Shown: piece after piece, positions 23,401-34,439 of the stretch
How the letters are laid out: every line of letters starts with the position of its first letter
Numbering within the stretch: the first letter of the stretch is position 1
From: Podarcis erhardii
Lineage: Eukaryota
Assembly (NCBI GenBank): GCA_964252035.1
Contig: OZ176209.1
Reading direction: 5' to 3' (one strand)
DNA length: 64,000 nucleotides
Translations under genes and position numbers: made by a program
Notes under the pieces: generated by a model
What the model saw: only the letters and a program-made list of their open reading frames with translations
Told to the model about the DNA's origin: nothing
Databases searched by the model: none

Positions 23401-26400
23401 CTCACTCACTCACTCACTCACTCACTCACTCACTTTTTACAGAAAATCCAGACAATGTCATTGCCAGCATTTAATTTCCCCCCTTCTCATCCTGTGTTTT
23501 CCCCCCAGACCTAATTTGTGACAAATCTTTAATTTACATTTTAAATGTAAAAGAAAATTGTCACTGGCAAAAAGTGAATTGAGGTTATTAGGAGTTACTG
23601 TGCCTTTAGTTACAAGCTTACTCCTTGCATCTTCTCCCTCCTCTGTTCCTTCCTATTTCTTGTGGCAGCAACTACACAGTTAAAACATCTAATAATAATT
23701 GTGAAGGAATAAATGAGACAGAAACTGCAAAGAGTAAGCTACTAATTAAAAGCACAGTAACCCTGAAAAACTTCAACACACTTTGCCAGCTATAGCTGTC
23801 TTTTAAATTTAAAATGTAAATTACTATTTTTTAAACTGTATTCCACTCATCCTGTTCCCTCCATGGTGTAGAGATGGGGCCTTAATTACAAAAAAAGAAA
23901 ACAAGAAAAAAAAAGATAGAAAACCAGTAAATAAATCTGCTTTCCCTTCCACCAGGTAGAACAGCAAATGAGAAACTAAGCTCCAATTAATAGGCTATTC
24001 ATCAGTAACTGATTGATTAATAATTCATGCAATTAATTTAGTGATTTCCCTAAGATGGACACATCTTCATTTGATTAATTCAGTCTTGTTGGCTATTGGT
24101 GGTGCTTATCATTTGATTGGCTGCCCGTCTTTATAAATGTTTCATTCTTACTAGATGTATGGTTTGTTTTGTTGCTCTGACATTCACCTGTTCTTCCTAG
24201 GGACTGCATTGCTCTGTGTTTTTTGAACAGTGGGACAAGTTTTGTGGCTGGTGTTGCAATCTTTTCCATCTTGGGCTTTATGGCACAGGAGCAGGGAGTG
24301 CCTATTTCTGAGGTAGCTGAGTCAGGTGAGTGGTTTATGCAGAAAAGTAGCATTATGATCATCAGCATCCTAGAATGCTGTATGTGACTGCACTTTTGGG
24401 GGGCGGGGGCAACGTGCCTTGATTCTATAAAGGGAGAGCCAAATTAGACTGGGAGGCCTTTTCTCTTCCCCCTTCCCCCTTCTCTTGTAGCAGTGCCCAC
24501 AGCCAGTGCGGTGTAGTGGTTAAGAGCGGTAGTCTCGTAATCTGGGGAACTGGGTTCACATCTCCACTCCTCCACATGCAGCTGCTGAGTGTCCTTGGGC
24601 TAGTCACACTTCTTTGAAGTCTCTCAGCCCCACTCGCCTCACAGAGTGTTTGTTGTGGGGGAGGAAGGGAAAGGAGAATGTTAGCCGCTTTGAGACTCCT
24701 TAAAGGGAGTGAAAGGCGGGATATCAAATCCAAACTCCTCCTCCTCCTCCTCCTCCTCCTCCTCCTCTTCTTCTTCTTCTTCTTCTTCTTCTTCTTCTTC
24801 TTCCTGCTGAAGATGGTACCCAACACTTTAGCAGCCTTGTTTCTTTATTAATACTGTGCATGGCAGTGCAACAAAGATCCGGGAAAGAGGCTGGACTGCC
24901 ATATAAATATAATTTGGCGAATGTGGCTTACATTTTGTCATTGTTCTCACTGCCTGTCGGGTGTTCATAACACCTCTTCGCAAAACTCTCTGATTCCAGC
25001 ACACCTCACTTAGCCCCTTTCTCTCGGCAGGGCCTGGCTTGGCGTTCATTGCATACCCGCGAGCTGTCGTCATGCTGCCTTTCTCACCATTATGGGCCTG
25101 CTTCTTCTTCATCATGGTGGTTCTGCTGGGACTGGACAGCCAGGTAATAATGCCTTGAGAGGGTAGGTTCAGCCAAGAACTTAACCTCTCGCCTGGGAGG
25201 CAGAAGACACCTTGCTTCTTTTGCTGTGGGTGATAAACCACAACTTCACACTGAGGAAAAGGGCCTCGGACAGACCTAACAGGGCATGAAATATATTTTT
25301 CCCTACCTGATTAGACTTATCTTGGTGTGCTTACCCAACTCATCATCTGCCGGGGAAGGTGCAGGAGGCTGGAATCTTGTTGTCTGAAGGAGAACTTGTA
25401 ATGTTACCTTCAATTAATTCATTGCTTGGGTGAGCAGCCAACGTTGAAGGTAAAAATGCTGTTCATGTTGGTTGGGCTCAGGACTGGAATCAAGCTTTGG
25501 GGACCCGGTCTGCTCACGTCTTAAGGTGTGGCAAGCATTAGAAGCCCTCAAATTCTTCTCCAGCTCAGAACTGCTAGGGCCGTGTTATGTTCAATACTTT
25601 GTGGAGAACTTGTTGAGTTGAATGATGAGGGAGGGTCTAAATTGGGTGATCTTCGGTGATAGGAAATTGTTGATGGGTGCCTAAATTATCTCCCTAGTTT
25701 GTCTGTGTGGAGAGCCTGGTGACAGCCCTAGTTGACATGTATCCTGGAATCTTCCGGAAAAAGAACCGCAGAGAAATGCTAATCCTTATTGTGTCCATCC
25801 TCTCATTCCTCGTGGGACTGGTCATGATCACAGAGGTATCGGAACTTACATTTCCTTTGCTAATATAACTTCTGCATAAAAAGGGAGGGAAAGAGGGTTT
25901 GCTGTTGTTGCAAATACAACATACTCTTTTTAACCCCATGGGTGCCAGTGGCACTAAAATGGACAAATTGCTCTACTTCCCCCTCAAGACACCCCTCTCG
26001 TAAGGAAATGAAAGTCACCTCAGAGGATCCTGTGGTCTCCCACTCCATACTGGGAGGAGTGCCCTGTTAAGGCAAGGAGCTGCCAGGGAGACTCAAACAG
26101 GATTTGAGCAGGGGTGGGAAACCTTTGACGCTTGAGATGTTGCTGGACTACGGTTCCCATCATCCTTCACCACTGGCAATGCTTGCTGAGGCTGAGAGGA
26201 GTTTAAGCATCTGGAGAGCCAAAGGTTCACCACCCCTGAATGAAGAGGCAACAAATTGGGGCTCTGCCTTTAACTGATCACCAGCACTTTATCAGTTGGT
26301 TTGAGTAATCAATCAACACTGCAGCCTGGGTTTTCATAGACAGCCAACTATCTAATCATGAAATGTAGCATAGGAGCCAATTCCTAGGGGCCAAAGGGTG

Positions 26401-29400
26401 TTTGCCCCCACCAATAAAATATTTGAAGGGGCTGCCCCCCAGCTGATGGGCATTGCCATTCAAATGGTTGCATGCACCATGTCATGTGATCAATTATGCT
26501 TGGTGGGTCTTACCTGCCCCCATATTTTATTTAAGTTGGCACCCCTGAAAGGTAGCCACATTAAGAAAGTCTCCTACTATCTGCTAGAAAATGTATCATC
26601 ACAGTTGAGTTCCTTGTTATGACAGAGATTCCCCTCCTAATGCTGGTTAATTTTGAAGATTTAAGAAAAACATACAATAATCAGCACCTTTCATGAAATA
26701 TATAAAAAACTGCAATTTTGCTGCCTTGGTTATGCATAAATTGTTCTCTGTTGATTTATGCACATTGCCTGGAAACATCAACAATTAATAACCACAAATT
26801 TAATAGCAAACAATCCAGAACAGAAAGCATAATGGAAGGACTAAAAAATTATTTGCTGAGATACGGGTCTAATAATACAGGTCTTCTGGAAAACAAGACT
26901 TGCATCTTCCTGGTCAAGCATACTTTTTCTTAGACTTCTGATATTAATGTCTAGAAGTTATGTGAAAGTGTATGAACCGCAGGTCCACTGTTGTGTTGTG
27001 AATTATCAGGAATTGCCTTCCTGGTCATGCCCTATGGCAGGAGTGGGAAACCTCAGGCCTGGGGGCTAAATATAACCCTCCAAGCCTCTCTAGCTGACCT
27101 TCAGGACCAGGCCATGCAAACCTCCCTGGCTTCACCTCTCACTGTTCCTGCCTTGCGCTCCCTTTGAGAGGTTTTGCCTGGCTGGGTGTTGTCCTCTGAC
27201 AATGCCTCTTGCTTGCCTGAATGGAGGAGAGAGAGGGGTGTCTGAGAAACTATCTCACTGCACAAGACTAACGTTTACATTAATTGCTCTGCCCACTTTT
27301 GCCCTGCTTGCCACTGGGATGTGGCCCTTGGAAGTTGGCCCCAAAGAGAATGTGGCCCTTAGACCGAAATAAGTTTTCGGTCCTACCCTATGGGCTTCTG
27401 AAGGCTGATAAGGTGCCTTTTGGATGGAGATGAACAGCTGCCACACAGTGCATGGACATCTGTGCAGCGGAGCTCCCTCTTTTCCAGCTTTCTACAGAGG
27501 CATGAAATGACACAAGAGTTTTTGTAACTCGTCCTCCTGGATACCTTAGATTCCTAGTTTCTCGCCATGTGGAGGCTTAAATATAGGCCTGCTGCATACT
27601 TCTGCATTCCCAGACTATAACTTATCGTCTCTTTTCTGTCTCGTGGTAACAAGAGGCTGAAAGGAGAACATTGCTAAGATTGCATTCCAGAGACATTGGC
27701 TTTCCATCATGATGCGGCGTATTTAAGGAATAGTCCCTGGGGTTGGACTTTTACAATAAATTACTTATTATCCATCTTGGACCCCACTCCCGACAACATG
27801 CACACCAGTTGCTGCGTAGAGTACTTAACATTAAATAGTGCAATATATATAAACAGCCACTAGGGCCTATGTTATGCTACTACTTATTATTATTATATGA
27901 CCTTTGCAGAGAGGGGAATTCAGAGTTGATACTGGAGCAACAGTGGTTTCCCCTAAATTCAGATATTTTTTGGCAGCAGCGAAGAAGGAAAAAGCAACAA
28001 CAGGAATCTGGAGGGAGCAGATGGAGTCCACTGCCAATATAAGATACACTGACAGGATCTCCAAATACCAAATAATGGCCCAGTGGATGATAAATAAGCC
28101 AAGATGTGGACCACTGTAGAATCATAGGATTGTAGTGTTGGAAGGGACCCTGAGGATCATCTGGTCCAGCTCCCTGCAATCCAGGAATCCTGCCCACAGC
28201 TGTCCCTGGATGGGCTTGAACCACCAACCTTCTGGTTAACAGAAGGTTGCACTGACCCATTGCACCACAGGCTCTGTTTGCAATCACTTTGATTTTCCCT
28301 TTGCATGATTAAGCCAGGATGCAGTTAACCCTAGTTTCCCATTGTGTCTGAACTGGAAACTATGGTCAATGGCTTCCAAACAAGCCAGAATCTGGTAGCC
28401 AATTTTAAATCATGGCTTCATGTTCGGATTTTGTTTGGATGCCATTACCCATTGTTTCTTGGTTTTGATGTAATTTTTGTCTATCCACATGTGTAAAGGG
28501 AGACTGTATTGAAATGCCAAGTTGAGATAAGATAGTCTCCCAAACTGATATTTGGAGAGGAGGTTTCTAGATAAAAGAAAGTTATACTATACAGTGGTAC
28601 CTTGGTTCTTGAACTTAATCCGTTCTGGGAGTCCGTTCGACCCCCGAAACTGTTCAAAAACTGAGGTGCAGCTTCTGATTGGCTGCAGGAGCTCCCTGCA
28701 CTCAGGTGGAAGCTGCGTCGGACGTTTGGATTCCGAAAAACGTTCGCAAACCAGAACACTTATTTCTTGGTTTGCGATGTTCGGGAGCTGATTTGTTCGG
28801 GAGCCAAGCTCTTCGAGTACCAAGGTACCACTGTATTGAAGATCAGATCAGTAGAAAGCTATACTAGATCAATATTAGAATATTAGATCAATATTAGAAG
28901 AATTCATGCTGTCACTGGTTGCTTGGGAAGAGAGGCTCTGTGCACTAACTACAACCCTTGGCTTTCTCTCCTCTGTCTCCTTCTTTCTGCATCCTTAATT
29001 CCCCTTCTTAGGGTGGGATGTATGTCTTCCAACTGTTTGACTACTATGCTGCTAGTGGGATGTGCCTGCTCTTTGTCGCCATTTTTGAAACCCTGTGCAT
29101 TGGATGGGTATATGGTAAGTGCAAATGCGATGGAAAAACATGCCACTGTTTAAAGAGCACATCTCTATTGTTTCTGAAGCAGGCATTAAAACCACCAGAT
29201 GAGGGGCTTCCCAAGATGTCATTTTTAACACACATTAATGATTTGTGCTCACAATACTAATGGGGTGGTTGGAAGTGATGCCTCTTTCAATATCGTTTCT
29301 ACCCGCAAAGGTTTTGAGGTGGTCGCATCACTTTATTTGCAATCAGTACACATCTCATAACTTCCTGCTGAAATCTCATAACTTTTTATATCACAAGTGC

Positions 29401-29799
29401 CCTGGTTTACAGTGGTACCTTGGGTTAAGTACTTAATTCGTTCTGGAGGTCCGTTCTTAACCTGAAACTGTTCTCAACCTGAAGCACCACTTTAGCTAAT
29501 GGGGCCTCCTGCTGCCACTGCACCGCCAGAGCACGATTTCTGGGTTAGCGGAGTCTGTAACCTGAAGCATATGTAACCTGAAGCATATGTAACCCGAGGT
29601 ACCACTGTATTTTCGTCCTGCTTCTGGTGCACTGTAGCCCCTCCAGATAGCAACAATGTGGGAGGATCGGTCAAACATTGCAGAACAATGCTAAAACACT
29701 AGTGCACTATTATTTTTAATGTTTGATGTCTTACTATGTTTTTATATTTTGCTGGAAGCTGCCCAGAGTGGCTGGAGAAACCTAGACAGATGGGCGTGG

Positions 29800-29839
<40 letters not shown>

Positions 29840-32800
29840 GTAATAATGTCAAGAGCATGTTGCAGAATATACCTGCAATAATACTGAAGAGGCCTTAGAA
29901 AAACTCCTAGTGAATGAGGCACCTTGATGTCACTTCTCTGGCCTACCCTATATTGCCTTACTGGCCAGAGAAGTTGCCAATCATTGCTTTGATACCTTAA
30001 ACAGGTGCTGCTAGCCTTTCCTTCTCCCCACCATATGTTTCTAGAAGACTGCTTTCCCACTCCTCTTTTTGCTTTTCACAGGCGCTGACCGTTTCTATGA
30101 TAACATCGAAGACATGATTGGCTACCGGCCATGGGCTGTCATCAAATACTGTTGGCTATTCATCACTCCAGCTGTCTGCGTGGTGAGTTAGACATCCCAG
30201 TCATTTGATCAGGAGGCACAACAGGAAAGAGTGCACTTGGGCAAAGGGGCAGTGGGCAGTGATTTTCCAAAATTGGGGTACCGATAGTCTTTATTCTTGC
30301 TGTACTGTACTGCAGGTGGGATGCGGGTGGTGCTGTGGGTAAAACCACAGTGCCTAGGACTTGCCAATCATATGGTTGGCGGTTCGAATCCCCGCGGTGG
30401 GGTGAGCTCCTGTCTTTCGGTCCCAGCTCCTGCCCACCTAGCAGTTCGAAAGCACCCTTAAAGTGCAAGTAGATAAATAGGTACCGCTTTATAGCGGGAA
30501 GGTAAGCGGCGTTCCGTGTGCTGCGCTGGTGCAGGCCCGCCAGAGCAGCGATGTCACACTGGCCACGTGACCCAGAAGTGTCTGCGGACAGCGCCGGCTC
30601 CCGGCCTCTAGAGTGAGATGAGCGCACAACCCTAGAGTCTGACAAGACTGGCCCGTATGGGCAGGGGTACCTTTACCTTTACTGTACTGCAGTGTGTGGT
30701 TCCTCAAGGAACTGGGGGATAATGATAGGATTCTGCATAAGTGGAAACAGACAGAATCCAGAAGAAGTTCAGGATGCCTAAACCCAAAACTGGATGCAGG
30801 TTGGTTCATGTCCTGTAGTTCAACATCCTGACAGTTATGGGATTGGCCCTTTCCCACGTCTACTGTTACATGTTTGTGCTGGAGTTATAATACTTTAATT
30901 CTGATGGAGGTGGGTAATAAATGGGGCAGAAGTTGATAGACAGGTTCTGTTACCCAAAATGCAATGTGTGGTCAAATATTGCATTGTGGGTAATTGGCCA
31001 TGGCAGGTGACTGTAGCGGATCGGACTCAAAAGTGCTGCCACTCACCAGAAGAAAATGGGCCCTTCTGAGCTCCAGGGGCCTGACTACACCAACCCCTGA
31101 CAATGGGCCTGGGAAGATATTTGATTGTGGATCACCAAGGCCAGCCTATACTATTGGGCAGAGTTCCAGCTAATTTTTGGGTGCCAGGCAGCTAATTTTT
31201 GGGTGTCAAGAAACGGCAGCAAATGCTTCGTTATTTAATGGATGGTGATAATGATACATCTGCTGCTATGGGAGAGGTGTCTGTGAGATTATTATTTTTT
31301 GCCTCAGATGCCAAAATAGCTTGGCCAGCCATGAGTATTATGAGTGGGGAAGTGGGGAGTGGCATTTGCTGCTTTGCCTCAGGCAGCAAAACATATTGGG
31401 CTGTCCCTGCACATCTCACCTAGCTCGGCCCTGATGGTATCTATATGCTGTGGATAGCCAACAAGATATGGTTGGGCTCTGAGACTCTTCTTCCCCAGCC
31501 AGCTGTAGTTCAACAACATCTGGAAACTAACCACATTGCCTACCTCTCCTACTGTGTGTGTATGCATTGTGTGTGTGTGTGTTGGGTCATCAGGAGAAGT
31601 ACTTCCTTGGCCAGAACTCAGAAATCTTGGTCAGGGAGGTTCTCATTGTGTCAAGGCCATTTTGCTCTGGCCATAAAGTGAGCAACATGAATTAGGTATG
31701 GATGGTGTGCTTAACCCTTCCTCCTCTCCTCTCCCCAGGCTACATTTCTCTTTTCTCTCATTAAATACACCCCACTGACATACAACAAGAAATATGTGTA
31801 CCCATGGTGGGGAGACACGGTGGGCTGGCTGCTGGGACTCTCATCCATGATCTGCATCCCGCTCTGGATTGTCTATAAACTTTCCACCATCAAGGGCTCC
31901 CTGAGAGAGGTGAGGTTGTTGTTGTTGTGTTTAAGAATTGGACTTTGAGAGGCTGCTTGGGCGAGGGAGGCTTGCTGGTTACTCAGCCTATTGACGCGAT
32001 GCACTTTGGAGGCCGGCTTGTTGTGCTGCAAAAGTAATTAACGGGGACATTGCACTAATTTTTGCCAAGGATCATTCAGTTACTGGCAAGAGGAGTTCAC
32101 GGCTTTATCGAGCTCCGCTTGGCTCGAGGGCTAGGCAGATGAAAACTGCCTTCCTGTGAGCTTGTTATTGACTGCACAGCATTTTTAAAATGTCACCATT
32201 TGAGAGCTTCGCTTTGCAGTGCTCTCTGGCTCCCTTCCTTCCCCTCCTCCTCTGCTTATTGACTTCCAGAGAAAACACTTCATGTATTTCCTGTGTGATA
32301 TTTTAAATTTGTTTTCCACTATTCAGAGCTATTGAAGAAGTTGCAGTATCATGAATGCCGTGGGGGGGGGGATTGCCACCCCCCTCCCCCGTAGTTGGAG
32401 CTGTGCCTTCTTAAAGCCATTTCAAGTTTCTTTCTCTACCCCCCAAATAATTCATAGCAAGTTTCAAAAGCCTTATTCAGTATTAAATTACACAATACAA
32501 CAGTATTCTCAGCCCATGCTGCTTTGTTCTATTTCTTCTTTTCTACATGTTATGATTCTTAGTCATGGTGATTGATTGATTGATTAATTAATAAATGTTG
32601 ATTATATGTTGATATTTCTTGACTTTATTTCAGTACCATTCCTAATAATTTGGAATGGTGTTCTCAGTTATGGGACCTGATATAGACAAACTAACAGCGT
32701 ATGTGCAGGAAAGGAGATCGGGCCAAAAATCCAAAGGGTTCCTCCCCACTGTTTGGCATGACTTTATCACCTATGCAACACTGAATGAGCATGGGCACAG

Positions 32801-33089
32801 AACCCTGCCACCACACAGAGTCCTTTGGAACAGTACTTTCATTTGATAAAAATGCCAAGTTTCACTTGTTTCACTTTTTAATTGCTTTGCTTTTAATTTC
32901 TGCAGGGCAGGGGGAGGCTGGAGGAGGAAGAGGGCTTTTTTGTTTCTTCTGAATTATAAAATAATAACAATAAAAAGCTGGAGAAGAATTTGTAGTTGGT
33001 GACAACTTTATAAGCTTATCAGGGGGTTAATGAACTCAGGAAACCCTGATCTCGATTGACCAGTAGCCTGACTTAGGATAGAGCAGCTT

Positions 33090-33128
<39 letters not shown>

Positions 33129-33319
33129 AGAGTGACACTTTGATTGCTTAGAGGAATAATCTTCCTTCCCCTTTCTCTTCTTCCTACTTTGTTTTTCAGA
33201 GATTCCATCAACTTGTCTGTCCAGATGAAGACTTGCCCCAAGGCATGTGCCCAAGACAATCTTTTCCAGCCTCCAAAACTAGGCTCTTGATGCTGACTGA
33301 GCTGGATTCTCACTGTTAG
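2552..33319 (+). CDS. SLC6A13: SLC6A13 / GAT2 sodium- and chloride-dependent GABA transporter 2, spliced CDS, 5'-partial (coding exons 2-14; ATG exon lies upstream of the window)
   Basis: 13 GT-AG exons of 135,141,85,133,135,104,125,113,138,103,101,171,120 nt (1604 nt = 2 + 534 codons incl. stop) join in one frame. The translation follows GAT2 as I recall it ([42 protein letters not shown]-terminus LTELDSHC*). Confidence 0.95.
5453..5593 (+). CDS. SLC6A13: SLC6A13 coding exon 3 (TM3; [47 protein letters not shown])
   Basis: polypyrimidine tract + ctgcag, gtaatc donor, 141 nt. Confidence 0.96.
6049..6292 (-). mobile_element. tRNA-derived SINE (Squam3-like family), full length with (GAA)n tail
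   Basis: Near-identical to copies at 21527, 24502, 46435 and 55508; A-box-like TGGTGTAGTGG and B-box-like GGTTCG on the minus strand. Confidence 0.8.
6748..6832 (+). CDS. SLC6A13: SLC6A13 coding exon 4 (extracellular loop 2; [29 protein letters not shown])
   Basis: ttacag acceptor, gtaagt donor, 85 nt, second EL2 cysteine and N-glycosylation sequons. Confidence 0.95.
8426..8558 (+). CDS. SLC6A13: SLC6A13 coding exon 5 (TM4; [44 protein letters not shown])
   Basis: ccgcag acceptor, gtgggc donor, 133 nt. Confidence 0.96.
8768..8982. mobile_element. Tc1/mariner superfamily (Tigger/pogo-like) MITE
   Basis: TIR CAGTGGTACCTCGGGTTA, TA target site on both sides; copies at 19350, 29410, 48304, 51891. 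Confidence 0.88.
9045..9295. mobile_element. degenerate LINE 3'-end fragment (CR1/L2-like, cataagaac..gcctgctggatca.gcca)
   Basis: Resembles common squamate LINE tail sequence; a similar piece lies near 54380-54440. Confidence 0.45.
10484..11036. mobile_element. non-autonomous hAT element with GC-rich interior, inserted into an L2-like fragment
   Basis: TIRs CAGTGCTTTTTTTCT / AGAAAGAAAGCACTG; 8-bp TSD TGTGGAAA / TGTGGAAC (7/8). Confidence 0.72.
12303..12488. mobile_element. old hAT-Charlie (MER5-like) MITE
   Basis: Ends cagtgctactcaaaagtggtggtcc ... gtttgagaagcccag. Confidence 0.45.
12527..13242 (+). mobile_element. 5'-truncated RTE-clade LINE with inverted 5' segment (12527-12729 minus; 12730-13242 plus)
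   Basis: Plus part encodes HQLRWTGH...KRFKD...[22 protein letters not shown] (RTE C-terminus with C2H2 finger) and a GAAG-type tail. Minus part encodes [18 protein letters not shown]...HYQHLLN (pre-RT linker). TSD ATTCTGGAAGC / ATTCTGGGAGC. Confidence 0.85.
15602..15639 (-). ncRNA. minimal type I hammerhead ribozyme motif (minus strand, mirror copy)
   Basis: Exact reverse complement of 15644-15681. Confidence 0.75.
15644..15681 (+). ncRNA. minimal type I hammerhead ribozyme motif (plus strand)
   Basis: GUAU-CUGAAGA-A-GUGUG(CAUG)CACAC-GAAA-GC-UC^AUAC: stem I GUAU/AUAC, stem II hairpin, palindromic AGCU stem III; predicted cut after 15677. Confidence 0.75.
16589..17245. mobile_element. Tc2/pogo-like MITE, CpG-rich, with internal 178-bp tandem duplication and hairpins
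   Basis: TIRs (G)CGTATTTTTCGCCCCATAGGACGCAC / GTGCGCCCTATAGGACGAAAAATACGG, TA on both sides. Confidence 0.82.
17703..17721 (+). promoter_or_regulatory. candidate CTCF binding site (GCCACCAGATGGTGCT)
   Basis: Close to the CTCF core CCACCAG(G/A)(G/T)GGCGC; motif only. Confidence 0.4.
19010..19230 (-). mobile_element. old tRNA-derived SINE (MIR/Squam-like), degenerate
   Basis: atcctcacagcaaccctgtg..gatttgaaccc..ctaaccactgcacca; a similar degenerate copy lies at 16340-16540. Confidence 0.55.
19350..19591. mobile_element. Tigger/pogo-like MITE
   Basis: Same TIRs and TA TSD as 8768, opposite orientation. Confidence 0.88.
19718..19852 (+). CDS. SLC6A13: SLC6A13 coding exon 6 (TM5; [45 protein letters not shown])
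   Basis: tgccag acceptor, gtaagc donor, 135 nt; follows an 11.2-kb intron. Confidence 0.96.
21527..21790 (+). mobile_element. tRNA-derived SINE (Squam3-like)
   Basis: gccagtgtcgtgtagtggttaagagc head, (CTC/CTT)n tail. Confidence 0.8.
21844..21924. mobile_element. 81-bp hAT MITE
   Basis: Perfect 8-bp TSD AGTGAGCA; ends CAGCGGTGGAGGA / TCCTACGCCCCTG. Confidence 0.72.
22928..23031 (+). CDS. SLC6A13: SLC6A13 coding exon 7 (TM6; [35 protein letters not shown])
   Basis: ttacag acceptor, gtaact donor, 104 nt. Confidence 0.96.
23398..23434. repeat. (ACTC)n microsatellite
   Basis: Directly visible. Confidence 0.95.
24201..24325 (+). CDS. SLC6A13: SLC6A13 coding exon 8 (TM7; [41 protein letters not shown])
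   Basis: tcctag acceptor, gtgagt donor, 125 nt. Confidence 0.96.
24502..24803 (+). mobile_element. tRNA-derived SINE (Squam3-like) with long (CCT)n(CTT)n tail
   Basis: Homologous to the 21527 copy. Confidence 0.82.
25031..25143 (+). CDS. SLC6A13: SLC6A13 coding exon 9 (TM8; [38 protein letters not shown])
   Basis: cggcag acceptor, gtaata donor, 113 nt, GPGL..LGLDSQ motif. Confidence 0.96.
25698..25835 (+). CDS. SLC6A13: SLC6A13 coding exon 10 (TM9; [46 protein letters not shown])
   Basis: ccctag acceptor, gtatcg donor, 138 nt. Confidence 0.95.
26109..26238. mobile_element. short hAT-Charlie-like MITE
   Basis: Ends CAGGGGTGGGAAACC / GGTTCACCACCCCTG; related pieces near 11580-11695, 39990-40100 and 61030-61160; TSD not seen. 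Confidence 0.55.
26369..26547. mobile_element. hAT MITE
   Basis: TSD AAATGTAG / AAAGGTAG (7/8); ends CATAGGAGCCAA / TTGGCACCCCTG. Confidence 0.6.
27038..27385. mobile_element. hAT-Charlie-like MITE, degraded right end
   Basis: 8-bp direct repeat CCCTATGG on both sides; left end CAGGAGTGGGAAACC; relatives at 53940-54065 and 59589-59790. Confidence 0.5.
28592..28833. mobile_element. Tigger/pogo-like MITE, second subfamily
   Basis: TIR CAGTGGTACCTTGGT, TA TSD; relatives at 34027-34185 (truncated) and 58614-58826. Confidence 0.82.
29012..29114 (+). CDS. SLC6A13: SLC6A13 coding exon 11 (TM10; [34 protein letters not shown])
   Basis: tcttag acceptor, gtaagt donor, 103 nt. Confidence 0.96.
29410..29607. 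mobile_element. Tigger/pogo-like MITE with internal deletion
   Basis: TIRs and TA TSD as 19350. Confidence 0.85.
30082..30182 (+). CDS. SLC6A13: SLC6A13 coding exon 12 (TM11; [34 protein letters not shown])
   Basis: tcacag acceptor, gtgagt donor, 101 nt. Confidence 0.96.
30316..30679 (+). mobile_element. Sauria SINE
   Basis: gggatgcgggtggtgctgtggg head, (CCTTTA)n tail, 13-bp TSD TACTGTACTGCAG. Confidence 0.88.
31739..31909 (+). CDS. SLC6A13: SLC6A13 coding exon 13 (TM12; [57 protein letters not shown])
   Basis: ccccag acceptor, gtgagg donor, 171 nt. Confidence 0.96.
33093..33126. repeat. (TG)n microsatellite about 70 nt upstream of the last SLC6A13 exon
   Basis: Directly visible. Confidence 0.95.
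33200..33319 (+). CDS. SLC6A13: SLC6A13 last coding exon ([39 protein letters not shown])
   Basis: tttcag acceptor, phase 0, TAG at 33317-33319; the tail resembles the GAT2 ending ..CPAEDLPQ..LLRLTELESHC. Confidence 0.93.
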   Translation, partial: RFHQLVCPDEDLPQGMCPRQSFPASKTRLLMLTELDSHC

Positions 33320-33702
33320 AGGGAAGCAAGCCCCTTCTGCATTGGACAATCCTGGACTTTGCCTGTGGCCAAGGAGAGAGGGACCCTGGAGCTGATTTCC
33401 CCTTCCCCCCTTCCGAAGGATCCGTGGTGGCTGCTAGGGAAAGAGAGTTCTCCCAAGACGTTGTGGTGGAAGCTGATTCAGCTTCGTCTTTTCTCTGGGG
33501 GCACAACCACAGGAGATGGTTCAAACCAAAATGTTCCTCTTGTGAGATCTTCCAGGAGTGGGACTGGAAGGACAGAAGCCTGGGATGGAAATACTTAACA
33601 CCGTCACAGAAGCATTTTATCTTGCATGGGTTTTAGGGAGCTTCCCATTCCATCTATAAAATCATTGTTCTTTCCACATATTTGTGATGTGCATTATTGT
33701 CT

Positions 33703-33708
33703 ATTAAA
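33703..33708 (+). terminator. candidate polyadenylation signal (ATTAAA) for SLC6A13
   Basis: ATTAAA about 390 nt after the stop codon; motif only, no transcript evidence. Confidence 0.3.
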
Positions 33709-34439
33709 GTGGATGGTGATCTGCTGCTCAAGGCTTTGCACCTGTTCCATTTCCAACTTGTAGAAACATATGGCTTGGGACAGAAGTACAGTATTCCAGT
33801 ATTGGCCTTTTACCTTGTTGCAGTAGGATTTTGTCCCCCTTCCCTTTTTTCTTTAAGGCCCAAACTGTGTACAGCATCAACAGTAGCTCCTTTCCTCATG
33901 GGCTGAAAGTAGCTCTTTTGGGAGGTGGAAGCAGTCATCATAACCACGGCAGGGAGGTGTGATTTTAAAAAATCCAATGGTCCCATTTCTTCTGACCCCC
34001 AACAGCTGCTGCAATTATTACTATTACAGTCGTACCTTAGTTTTCGAACAGAATGCGTTCCGGAAGTCCATTTGACTTTGGAAACCAAGGCGTGGCTTCT
34101 GATTGGCTGCAGGTGTGTCCTGCAGCCAATCAGAAGCTGCGCAGGACGTTCAGCTTCTGAGGCAAAGTTCGCAAACTAGAACACCTGACTCTCCAAATGA
34201 TCTTACCACATCCATAAGCAAAGATGTTTTCTGCATAATGTCTTTCCTTCCATAACATTTGGTAATCCCTGTTCCTTCACTTGCTTACCTATTGGGACTT
34301 TTGTTACTCATTTTAAAGAACACTATTAGCTTCTATCACCACCACTCCTAGATGCAAAATTGCACACAAACATGTGCATATTAGGGTAAATTCCCACTAA
34401 AATGCTCATGAATTTTAGGGAGGATTTATATCTATTGTA

